A DNA stretch of 64,000 nt from Thermodesulfobacteriota bacterium. GTDB taxonomy: Bacteria > Desulfobacterota > Desulfobulbia > Desulfobulbales > SURF-16. This document shows positions 32,271 through 41,307 of this stretch, piece after piece. The stretch is taken from contig JBFMAY010000002.1 in the NCBI GenBank assembly GCA_040755455.1, forward strand, positions 96,001 to 160,000, given 5' to 3'. The translations under genes were made by a program, and so were the position numbers. Positions within the stretch are counted from its first letter, which is position 1, and the number at the start of each line of letters is the position of its first letter. The notes under the pieces are model-generated. The model was not told the DNA's origin. It did no database searches and saw nothing but the letters and a program-made list of their open reading frames with translations.

Positions 32271-34445
32271 TTACGAGAGCGGGGATTCTCCATCCAGCGC
32301 CTTTCTGATAAGCCTGGCCAGTTCTTTTTTATCAAAGGGTTTCATGATAAGCAGCCGGATCCCCATCTCCTGGGCTTTCCCCTCATCAATCACCGAGCTG
32401 TAGCCGGTGCAGAGGATTACGGGCATATCCGGCCTGATCCCCAGAATCTTGCCGGCCAGGACGGTACCCGGCATGGCGGGCATGGTCTGATCGGTCAGCA
32501 GCAGATCAAAACTGTACGGACTGTCGCGAAATATCTCCCAGGCTTTACTACTGTCGGTCACGGCCGTCACCTGATAGCCGAGGCCCTCCAGCACGACTTT
32601 CTCATATCTGACAAGCGCCACTTCGTCATCAACGGCAAGTATCCTCTCATGGCCGGCGGGGATGTCATCCGCTGTCGCGGCCGCGGTTGTGTCCACCTCC
32701 TCAGCCGCCACCGGGAAGTAAACATGGAAGGCCGTCCCCTTGCCGATCTCGCTGTCAACCTTGATCATGCCGCCGCAGTCATGGACAATCCCATGGACAA
32801 CGGCCAGGCCAAGCCCTGTGCCCTTGCCGAACTCCTTGGTGGTGAAATACGGCTCGAAAATCCTGGCCATGGTTGTTTCATCAATGCCCTGGCCGGTATC
32901 GCTGACCGTGAGTTCGACAAAGGGCCCGGGGGAAACGTTGAGCTCGCCCTCCACATCCGTTCCGCTCAACTCTTTTTCCCGCAGGGACACCCGCAATATC
33001 CCCTGCTCCTGGTCCATGGCCTGCTGGGCGTTGGTGCACAGGTTGATCATCACCTGCTGCAGTTGGGAAGGATCGGCAAGGATATTGCCGCAATCCCTGT
33101 CAATATCCTGCTGGATCTCAATGGTCGCCGGGATCGAAGCGCGCAGCAGCTTGAGGGATTCATTGACGATGAGGTGCGGCGCCAGCGAGACAATTCTATA
33201 GTCGCCTTTCCGGCTGAAAGTAAGAATATGCTTCACCAGGTCCCGGGCCCGCAGCGCTCCCTTGATGACCTGTTCGATATCCTCCGGGGAGGCGCCGCCC
33301 TGTTTAAGGCCCTCCCGCACCAGCTCGGCGAAACCAAGGATGGCGGTCAGTATATTATTGAAATCATGAGCAATACCTCCGGCCAGGGTGCCGATGGCCT
33401 CCATCTTCTGGGCCTGCCGCAACCGTGATTCCAGCCTGGCCCGTTCTTCGAGGTCTTGGCGGGCATTGGTCAGGTCATGCAGGCTCATCAGCATGCTCAA
33501 GGGCTGTCCATCCTTATCGCGGATCACCTTCAGCGTGATCTCAAGCGGCAGGCCGGATGGATTATCAGGATGGTCAGCCTCCATGGTGATCACGGTGTCA
33601 CGCATCTCCTGCTGGGCAAGGCAGACCTGACAGGGCGCGCTCTCACCCCCGGCATGCATGATTTCGGTGATATGCCGGCCGATGGCCTTCTCCGGGGTGC
33701 TGCGGGCCAGGCGGTAAAAGCTCTTGTTGGCGCATTTCAGACGGCGGCTGGGGTCAACCAGGTAGATGGCGTCATCCATGGCATCCATGGCGGCCGCCCA
33801 TTCCATGGCGGATTGTTCCATGGCCAGTTCAGCCTGCCTGCGCTCGGAGATGTTGCGGGCGATACCGAGAATGACCGGACGGCCGTCAACCACCAGCTTG
33901 CCGATATGAATCTCCACCGGGAACAGGGAGCCGTCCTTGCGCCGGTGCATGCTTTCTATCATAACGGTGTGTTCGAAGGACAGTTTGTCCCACAGATTCC
34001 TGGTGTCGTCTGCAACGGAAAATGCGGGATCAATATCCGCCACGGTCATCCGCAGCAGTTCCTCGCGGGAATAGCCCAGGGACATGCAGGCCTCCTTGTT
34101 GACATCAATGAAATGGCTGTCCACATCACAGACAAATATGGCGTCTGTGGCCCGGTTGAGCAGGGTGCGGAATTTTTTTTCACTCAGAAGCAGCGTCTCG
34201 GCGATGCGCGCCTGCTCCTGCATGGAGCGGTCAATGAGCCAGTAGAGAAGCACACCGGTGATGGCAATGAAAGTCCAGCCTTTATAGATGGCGATGCGGG
34301 CGAGAAGCTCATGGTCGGCGACCAGGGCAAACAGCAGTTTGTCGGAAAAGAGGATCCACATGGTTCCGAAAAAAGCATAGATCAATGCGATCCTGAGCGG
34401 AACAGATATTTTTGTTTTTTCTCTTTTGATTTCTTGATGTTCCAT
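32271..34445 (-). CDS. Hybrid sensor histidine kinase (2 TM, 2 PAS, HisKA/HATPase, receiver)
   Basis: [34 protein letters not shown], receiver AVDDE...TDQTMP...KP. Confidence 0.93.
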   Translation of the reverse strand: MEHQEIKREKTKISVPLRIALIYAFFGTMWILFSDKLLFALVADHELLARIAIYKGWTFIAITGVLLYWLIDRSMQEQARIAETLLLSEKKFRTLLNRATDAIFVCDVDSHFIDVNKEACMSLGYSREELLRMTVADIDPAFSVADDTRNLWDKLSFEHTVMIESMHRRKDGSLFPVEIHIGKLVVDGRPVILGIARNISERRQAELAMEQSAMEWAAAMDAMDDAIYLVDPSRRLKCANKSFYRLARSTPEKAIGRHITEIMHAGGESAPCQVCLAQQEMRDTVITMEADHPDNPSGLPLEITLKVIRDKDGQPLSMLMSLHDLTNARQDLEERARLESRLRQAQKMEAIGTLAGGIAHDFNNILTAILGFAELVREGLKQGGASPEDIEQVIKGALRARDLVKHILTFSRKGDYRIVSLAPHLIVNESLKLLRASIPATIEIQQDIDRDCGNILADPSQLQQVMINLCTNAQQAMDQEQGILRVSLREKELSGTDVEGELNVSPGPFVELTVSDTGQGIDETTMARIFEPYFTTKEFGKGTGLGLAVVHGIVHDCGGMIKVDSEIGKGTAFHVYFPVAAEEVDTTAAATADDIPAGHERILAVDDEVALVRYEKVVLEGLGYQVTAVTDSSKAWEIFRDSPYSFDLLLTDQTMPAMPGTVLAGKILGIRPDMPVILCTGYSSVIDEGKAQEMGIRLLIMKPFDKKELARLIRKALDGESPLS

Positions 34446-34672
34446 AGTCGACTCACCCCGCCCCACAGGCCGGGATTATCCTGGTATTTCCCCCCGGACT
34501 TCCCAGGCAATACCTCAGTTCCTCAATCGGACGGTTATCAGATTCACCATAGCACAGGAAGAAAAAAAAAGGAAAAGACGAAAAAAATATTTATCAAAAA
34601 ATATGGAACAGGCCGTTGTAAAAAATAACTGTACTATCCCAGGGCTGACCGGCATGAGGGGCCGGCGCTCCC

Positions 34673-37600
34673 TCACTCCTGGACCGCGCAGCGGAGCGAC
34701 AGGTCCTGCAGGGACTTCAGATACTCCTCCGAGCGATCAAGATAAAAGGACAGTGCCCGTGAAAACTTTTTGCCCAGCACTCCGTCGACGAACAGCTGGC
34801 TGATCTGCCGCTGCTGCTCGAGAATGAGCTGGGAGGCCACCAGGATCCGCCGTTCCTCGGCGGACATGTCTTGCATGATGGATGCCAGGGTGCTGGCGGC
34901 CCGGGGCTGATACATCCAGATGTAAAGGAGATCAAGGGCGTTGATGATGACGATCTTGCCCAGATCCGGATTCTTTTCAGCCACGGCCTGCATGAATTCC
35001 TTTGGGGACTCGAGCATCGCCAGCACGTCCGCCTCCGGGAAAAGTGTCTCAAGGCTGGCATAGGTTTCAAACACCTGGGCGATCTTGGCCGAATAATCCA
35101 TGGAGCGGAAGCGGATGTTGTTGAACCGGTCGGCCAGCCCCTCGATGAAACCGGCCACGCAGTCCGAGGCCAGCTTGGAAATCACCGCCGCCCATTTCTG
35201 CAGGATGTCGCTGACCGCGGCCACGCCGGGACCGCCGAGCATCAAGCCGATGAACCCGTTGAACAGGACGGCCAGGGGAATGGAGAGAATGCTGCGGAAG
35301 AAATTGCCGTACACCGCGGCCTTGGGCAGACCCCGGAAGATATTATGGCCCGAGATGTAGATGCCGTTGGCCAGGGCCATGACCGAATAGAGGGCCAGGG
35401 GGTTGCTTCCGGCGGTGATACCGCACATCCGGTCGAGAAACAGGGTCTTGACCAGCAAATCGAGCAACGGCACGGAAAAACCGGTGAACAGCAACGAATA
35501 GGACAGCCTGTCCCAGCTGATATACTCGTTCCATTTCAGCAGGGGCGAGCGAGAGATGCCGCCGGCCCCGAGCACGGACTGGATAATGTTGCGCAGCCCC
35601 GTGATGCCGAACCAGATGAAAGCGCCGAAGTAGGCGAGAAACCACCAGTCCTTGGTCAGGGCGAAGGTGGCGAAGGCCGGGATGAAGCCGATGAGAATCT
35701 TGAGCCCGTTCTTCAGGTAGTTGTTCAGATAAGCCAGGGGAATTTGCCGCTGCTCGTCCACGGTGCCCCGGGCCTCAAGGGACAGGCCGTTATCCTGGCC
35801 GGTCTGCATCCATCCCAGGGTGGCCACGTTGCCGTTGGGCTCCATATGGGTGGAGTAGGCCTGGACCACCCAGTCCTCCCGCCGCTCGTAGCCGAAGTTC
35901 AGCCCGTAAAAGACAGGCGAGAAGCCGCATGACGGGGTGGAAACGAGGTTCTTCTGCTCCCAGGGAACACTCCCGTAATCCATGAGCCCATTGTGGTGCC
36001 CCCGGGGAATGAAAGTCACCTGCAGATGGGCGGTGATCCGCACCGGGATGTTCCAGCGGCTGGGCTGACCCTTGCGGTCGAGATTGCGCCGCGCCCAGCG
36101 CGGCAGGGTGTCCTTCATGACCAGTCCCATGCCGTAGCGGTGCCGGGAGCTGCCGGTGGAGTCGCTGCCGATACGGGACTTGAGCAGGGAATTCATATAA
36201 AATCCTTGCAATACCGGCATGTTATGCAAAATGACGGTGAGTTTTTTCCTGCGCTGTTCCGCATCGCGGACCGGGGGAACGGCCTCAGTCACATCGCGGA
36301 TAATCTTCTGGATGACCCGTTTGAGATTGATGACATTGCCCTGATTGATCGCCAGCTGCAGCTTGTTGATCTCGGCATAATGAACCGCCTTGCCGGTGGT
36401 ATAGTCCTTGAGGTTGAAAATCTCCAGATGGGTGATCTTGCCCCGGCAGTCATAAATAAGCTCCAGAACATCGGCCGGGCTGAGCTCGCTCAGATTCAGG
36501 GTAACCCGGCAGCCGGAGTGGAGACTTTCCAGCCGGGCGAGAAGCTCCTCCGGGGAGAGCAACAGCATGGCCGGCACATCGGGGTCATCGTGCGGGGCAA
36601 AGGGATTGTGGATGCCGGCGTTTTTCTCCGGCTGCAGAAAACTCTCGATGATGGCATCCGGGTCAAGGGTGTTCATGATCTCAACGGCGTGGGTGATGCG
36701 CTGACGTTCTTCCTCGTCCGCCCCGGCCCAGCTTTCCCGGAACCCTGCCACCCGCTCCCGCATGGCCGGCAGCATATGATTGTAAATAAACTTGGCAAGA
36801 TGGAGAAGCGAGGGCTGACCGGAGCCGACAAAGGAGAAAAAATCCTCCCGGTCAAAGGGGGCGAGATTGATGCCGTAGGCCTCGTTGATCACCGGCCGGT
36901 GCCGGGTGTTGAACTCCCTGAACACGGCCAGCACATAGCGCTGCTGGTATTCCGAAACCTTGCGGCCTTCATCCATGAAGGCCCTGGCCGGACCATCATT
37001 GATGAAATTGAGAAAGTCCTGCTTGTCGGCAAAACCGCGGGGAGTCCAGATGAGCTTGACGTAACGGCCGCGGAACCGGGCCGAAAATTCTATGCCGATC
37101 CTGACGGTGATGCCCATGACGTCGGCCGATTCCAGCAGTTCGGTCGCCACCTCCACATTGATGAAGTTGTAGTAAATCACCGTCAGGCGGCGGATGCCCT
37201 TTATCCAGGCGTCCATGATCAGGTGGGTCGGTGACTTGCGGCCCTTGGTGTTGGCGTCGTGCACATGGTCATCGAAGGCGATCTGGTTCCATTCCTCCGG
37301 CATCTCGATCAGATGGTATTTGTCCAACTGGCTGCGGATAAAGCGGGGCTTGCCGAAGGTGGCGGTACGGAAATCCCGGGCAAGCTTGAGCTGGCGCAGA
37401 TAGTCCCCCTGGGAGCGCACCAGCTCCTTCATGATCTCAATCAGGACCCGGGCCGTATTCCTGCGCAGCATGCTCTGGGAGCTGCAGAGCACCTCATCGC
37501 GCAGGCAACGGAGTGCATTCTGCCGGTCGGCGGCCTTGCCCGCCTCGAGGGAGCCCAGCAGATGAATGACCGCATAGGCGATGCGCAGGCCCATGGTGGC

Positions 37601-37759
37601 GGTCATTTCCTTGATGCCATGGGGATGGAGATAGGGGATCAGCAGATTCTTGATATGCTTGTGGGCTTCATCCCGGTTGAGAACGTCATTGACGATATTC
37701 AACAGGACATAGTCGTTCTCATCAAAAAAATACCTGGATACCCTTTTATTGTCGATCAT
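34673..37759 (-). CDS. Large hypothetical protein: degenerate PHP (phosphoesterase-like) domain plus multipass membrane domain
   Basis: DDHVH, SPTHLIMDAWIKGI, GIEFS, LEIFN, GSDSTG follow PHP motif order; several hydrophobic helices near residues 690-870. Confidence 0.7.
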   Translation of the reverse strand: MIDNKRVSRYFFDENDYVLLNIVNDVLNRDEAHKHIKNLLIPYLHPHGIKEMTATMGLRIAYAVIHLLGSLEAGKAADRQNALRCLRDEVLCSSQSMLRRNTARVLIEIMKELVRSQGDYLRQLKLARDFRTATFGKPRFIRSQLDKYHLIEMPEEWNQIAFDDHVHDANTKGRKSPTHLIMDAWIKGIRRLTVIYYNFINVEVATELLESADVMGITVRIGIEFSARFRGRYVKLIWTPRGFADKQDFLNFINDGPARAFMDEGRKVSEYQQRYVLAVFREFNTRHRPVINEAYGINLAPFDREDFFSFVGSGQPSLLHLAKFIYNHMLPAMRERVAGFRESWAGADEEERQRITHAVEIMNTLDPDAIIESFLQPEKNAGIHNPFAPHDDPDVPAMLLLSPEELLARLESLHSGCRVTLNLSELSPADVLELIYDCRGKITHLEIFNLKDYTTGKAVHYAEINKLQLAINQGNVINLKRVIQKIIRDVTEAVPPVRDAEQRRKKLTVILHNMPVLQGFYMNSLLKSRIGSDSTGSSRHRYGMGLVMKDTLPRWARRNLDRKGQPSRWNIPVRITAHLQVTFIPRGHHNGLMDYGSVPWEQKNLVSTPSCGFSPVFYGLNFGYERREDWVVQAYSTHMEPNGNVATLGWMQTGQDNGLSLEARGTVDEQRQIPLAYLNNYLKNGLKILIGFIPAFATFALTKDWWFLAYFGAFIWFGITGLRNIIQSVLGAGGISRSPLLKWNEYISWDRLSYSLLFTGFSVPLLDLLVKTLFLDRMCGITAGSNPLALYSVMALANGIYISGHNIFRGLPKAAVYGNFFRSILSIPLAVLFNGFIGLMLGGPGVAAVSDILQKWAAVISKLASDCVAGFIEGLADRFNNIRFRSMDYSAKIAQVFETYASLETLFPEADVLAMLESPKEFMQAVAEKNPDLGKIVIINALDLLYIWMYQPRAASTLASIMQDMSAEERRILVASQLILEQQRQISQLFVDGVLGKKFSRALSFYLDRSEEYLKSLQDLSLRCAVQE

Positions 37760-37957
37760 CGCACCATGGTGTGAACAAATGACGAAATTTATCTTTATGT
37801 CAGGCAGTTACGATAACCTTTCAAAAAAACTTGCCCCTTTATATTTGATAGCCCATCCGGCGGGATCGGGCAATATTTAAATGACATCGGCGGGAATGCG
37901 GCAGCAATATTTTGACCGCGGCAAGGCAGGGAGCAAGGCGTGGCAGAGGGCCAACGA

Positions 37958-38941
37958 TCACAGGGCAGCAGCAACCTGCTCGACATCGGCAACCAGTTCA
38001 TCAACCGTATCGTACCAGACCCCCGCCCCCTGGGAGAAATGCATGAAGATATTGTTCATCGCCTCCGGGATATAGGGGAAGAGCTTCCTGAGATTGACCA
38101 CCCGGTTTCGGGAGAGCAGGGACTGATCTTCCGGGGTTATGGTATCCAGCACCTTCTGGCCGAACATGGGATCGTCTAAAATTTCCTTGGGATGATAATT
38201 GCCCCTGGCCACCAGATACATCAGCAGGTTGCCCAGCTCAAAGAGATCCAGGGCAAAGGGCCGCTCCGGCAGGTAGAATTCATAGTCAAAATCAATCCAA
38301 CGGAAGGTGCCTGTTCCGTACTCCACCAGTATATGGTCCCGGCGGATATCACCGTGGCGGAAGCCGGCCTGGTGCAGAAAGCTGATGGCCTTGGCACACT
38401 CGATATATTCCCGCAGGACAGGGGGCAGATATGTGGCGAAATACTCCTCGTGGGAACATTCATAGCGATAGATATGCTTATCCAGCCTGCGGCCGCTGAT
38501 GATATCAAGAATCCGCACCAGATTGCCCGCCTCATCCTCCACCGCCTTGCCTTTCATGAAGCGCGGATGGTTCTCGGTCAGCTCCAGGATTCTCGCCTCT
38601 TTTTCCGGGCTGCGGTAACAGGGGATGGTGAAGCTGCCCACAGACACGGAAAACACCTCATGGAAGACCAGCTTGAGGATGTGCGAGACCCCGCTTTCCA
38701 GGTCAATGGCCTTTGGCACCCACTGCTTGGGCTGGTCATCAACCCCGAACCGTCCCTCAACGGTATGGCCGGTCACCACGAAATAGCGGTTATCAGCGAT
38801 AATGATATCGCCGTAGTCGATGGAGCTGAAGTTTGAGGTGTCCGCATAGACCCTGGGCTGCCGCCGGATGGAGCTGCTGACCGGGTGGGCCTTGTAGAGT
38901 GCGGCGATATGCTCAGGGATATCCTGGAGGGTTTTAGTCAT
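37958..38941 (-). CDS. Atypical protein kinase-like protein
   Basis: EGRFG loop, ILK lysine, EKE helix-C Glu, HGDIRRDH catalytic loop, DFD, DLFELG subdomain IX. Confidence 0.8.
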   Translation of the reverse strand: MTKTLQDIPEHIAALYKAHPVSSSIRRQPRVYADTSNFSSIDYGDIIIADNRYFVVTGHTVEGRFGVDDQPKQWVPKAIDLESGVSHILKLVFHEVFSVSVGSFTIPCYRSPEKEARILELTENHPRFMKGKAVEDEAGNLVRILDIISGRRLDKHIYRYECSHEEYFATYLPPVLREYIECAKAISFLHQAGFRHGDIRRDHILVEYGTGTFRWIDFDYEFYLPERPFALDLFELGNLLMYLVARGNYHPKEILDDPMFGQKVLDTITPEDQSLLSRNRVVNLRKLFPYIPEAMNNIFMHFSQGAGVWYDTVDELVADVEQVAAAL

Positions 38942-38964
38942 TTACGCGCCTGCAGCCAATACCA

Positions 38965-39420
38965 TCAGGAGACAACCCACACGGTGAAATCATGGCTTTC
39001 CCTGATCACCGCATTGGAAACGCTGCCGAACAGAAACTCCTCCGCCTTGGAAATGCCCCGCTTGCCGAGCACCACCGTGCCGAATCCCCCGTCTTTCTGC
39101 GCCTGCAGGATGGTTTTACTGAAGGTTTTGCCGGTGGCCATCAGACAGGAGGTGGTAATCCTCGGCCCGGCAATGGCGTGAGTTTCCAGCACCTTGCCGG
39201 CCCGGTCGAACACCTGCCGGGCCGCGGTCTCCTTTTCCTGCCGGTATTCCTGCAGGGTATGCTTCTCAGTGAAATAATAAGGCGGGGGTTCGGGGTAAAC
39301 ATGCAGCAGGCAGATCTCCGCCTTGTCAATACCGCCGACCACCTCGCCGACATAGTTCAGGACCCGCTCGGAAAGGCTGCTGTCATCCACCGCCACCAGA
39401 ATTTTATGCCAGTCTGCCAT
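38965..39420 (-). CDS. Universal stress protein
   Basis: KILVAVD, LLHV, VVLGKRGIS, FGSVSNAVI. Confidence 0.93.
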   Translation of the reverse strand: MADWHKILVAVDDSSLSERVLNYVGEVVGGIDKAEICLLHVYPEPPPYYFTEKHTLQEYRQEKETAARQVFDRAGKVLETHAIAGPRITTSCLMATGKTFSKTILQAQKDGGFGTVVLGKRGISKAEEFLFGSVSNAVIRESHDFTVWVVS

Positions 39421-39455
39421 TGGTTCACCCGTTATTTTCCAGAAAAGAAAGGCCG

Positions 39456-40412
39456 TCAGAATCTCTCTTCCTGCTCTTCAAGCATGCCGTAGCTCTTTTC
39501 CACGCTTTTTATCAGTTCAAACATGGTCAGATGGGTAAAGGCTTCAACGCCGTTTCTTCTGCCATAGCGGTACAGGATGCCGTTCAAGGCATCGACCTCG
39601 GTTTTTCTCCGGTTGATGATGTCCTGCAGCATGGGGGACAGATGGTTGAAGGTCCGCCGGCAGGATGCCATCAGCATCTCATAGAGATCGGTTGCGCCGA
39701 GGACCACGCCGCAGGCCTCGGCGATTTCCTCGCCCTCGTCTATGAGCCTTTTCAGCAGGGAAACAGACTCAACGCACTCAATGAGATGGCCGTTGCGCTC
39801 CCGCACCACGGCTGAGACGGAATTGATGGCGGCGTGGACAATCACCTTGCACCACAGCCGGCTGATGATATCGTGCACCGGCTCGGTTTCAATGGCGCAC
39901 CTGTTCAGCATGTCGCTGATTTGCAGGAGACGCGGGCTCAAGGTGCCGTCGTGTTCGCCGATCTTGGTCTTGCCGGCGCCGTCGTTCACCACCAGGCCGG
40001 GTCCGAAGGCCGTGGCCGCCATGTTGGTGAAACCGGTGATGATATTCCGCCGCTCAACCACCCGTTCCATGACCTCAATATGACCGAGACCGTTGAGCAG
40101 ACAGACCACCGGCGAGGCATCGGTGACCAGGTGGGCAACACCCAGCACCGCCTCATAAAGATGATATGATTTGACGGCCATGAGCAACAGATCGCACTGG
40201 GTGATATCACGGCCGCTCACCGTGGCCCGGGCCGGGTGATAACTGATCTCTTCCGGCGCCGTATCATGGCCGGTGACGCCGATGCCCTTGTCGTTGATGG
40301 CGGCCACCACCTCCCGGTCCAGTTCCACAAAACAGACATCCTCGCCGCCCTGGGCGAGTAATGCCCCGAACAGCCTCCCCAAGGCACCTGCTCCGACTAT
40401 GACGATTTTCAT
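39456..40412 (-). CDS. panE: 2-dehydropantoate 2-reductase (ketopantoate reductase family)
   Basis: GAGALG, AVKSY, LNGLG, WCK, SPMLQD, TEVDALNG. Confidence 0.88.
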   Translation of the reverse strand: MKIVIVGAGALGRLFGALLAQGGEDVCFVELDREVVAAINDKGIGVTGHDTAPEEISYHPARATVSGRDITQCDLLLMAVKSYHLYEAVLGVAHLVTDASPVVCLLNGLGHIEVMERVVERRNIITGFTNMAATAFGPGLVVNDGAGKTKIGEHDGTLSPRLLQISDMLNRCAIETEPVHDIISRLWCKVIVHAAINSVSAVVRERNGHLIECVESVSLLKRLIDEGEEIAEACGVVLGATDLYEMLMASCRRTFNHLSPMLQDIINRRKTEVDALNGILYRYGRRNGVEAFTHLTMFELIKSVEKSYGMLEEQEERF

Positions 40413-40814
40413 TGCAATACCCGGTCAATCAAAGTTACGGTTCTCTCATCCTGCGCCACGATATTTTATCTTAATTATTTCAACATACCGGCCCATTACC
40501 TGTCAAACGAAAATCACCGAAAAACCCCGGACGCGGCAATTCACCGCAGCAGAAAAAACAATTCGGGAGACTGTAGTCTGCGGACGAAGTATGCTGCGGC
40601 ACCGGCTCCCCCATTCTGCTAAAGATGGACACAAGTAACACGAAGGGTTAAAAATACATCATATTCCATCAAGCATAATCCATCCGATGGATTTAACTCT
40701 CTTAACACCTTTCGTCAATTTTTCTTAATTGCAAGGGCACAGCACATGGGCCGCAGAGGCTTCCCTCACCTTTCCCTTGACTTCCTGTTTTTTTGCCATT
40801 ATTTATAGAATAAT

Positions 40815-41005
40815 TTTCAGGCGCTCTTAAACGAGCTTAATAGGGAACCCTGTGAGAATCAGGGACGGGCCCGCCGCTGTAACCGGGGACGAAAACCGCA
40901 GTATGTCACTGGCTCCAGGTATCCGCCGAGAGATTTTTCTCTGCGGAACCGGGCTGGGAAGACGCGGACATTAGAGCAATCCGGAAGTCAGAAAACCTGC
41001 CTGCA
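40815..41005 (+). ncRNA. Cobalamin (AdoCbl-type) riboswitch
   Basis: AATAGGGAA-ccctg-TGAGAAT-caggg, GCCCGCCGCTGT, CACTG...GGGAAG, B12-box AGTCAGAAAACCTGCC; upstream of a btu operon. Confidence 0.95.
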
Positions 41006-41067
41006 AACAATATTGGTCTGCTTCCGTGGACAAGGAGCAGCGATGTGTATCTGAGGACAAAACAGGG

Positions 41068-41106
41068 AATCCCCGGATCAATTTTATTGGTCCGGGGATT
41101 TTTTTT
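41068..41106 (+). terminator. Intrinsic terminator (riboswitch expression platform)
   Basis: aatccccggatcaat...ttggtccggggatt hairpin followed by a T tract. Confidence 0.85.
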
Positions 41107-41164
41107 GTCATACGGCAAAGCATCCCCCGGGCTGGCAAAACCCAAACCAGGCAAGGAGGATACA

Positions 41165-41302
41165 ATGGCCACCAGTGAGCAATCTTTCTGTAAAATCACG
41201 CTTTTTCTCATCAAGGACTGGGATTCTTTCCAGCTCGCCATGCGCGGCTGTCTGCACGGCGGCAACGCACGCATCACCCATAACAGAGCAGAGGAGGGGT
41301 GA
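41165..41302 (+). CDS. Putative 45-aa small ORF in the btuB leader
   Basis: AAGGAGGA SD immediately before ATG; MATSEQSFCKITLFLIKDWDSFQLAMRGCLHGGNARITHNRAEEG; stop overlaps an in-frame GTG of btuB. Confidence 0.45.
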   Translation: MATSEQSFCKITLFLIKDWDSFQLAMRGCLHGGNARITHNRAEEG

Positions 41303-41307
41303 TTGCC

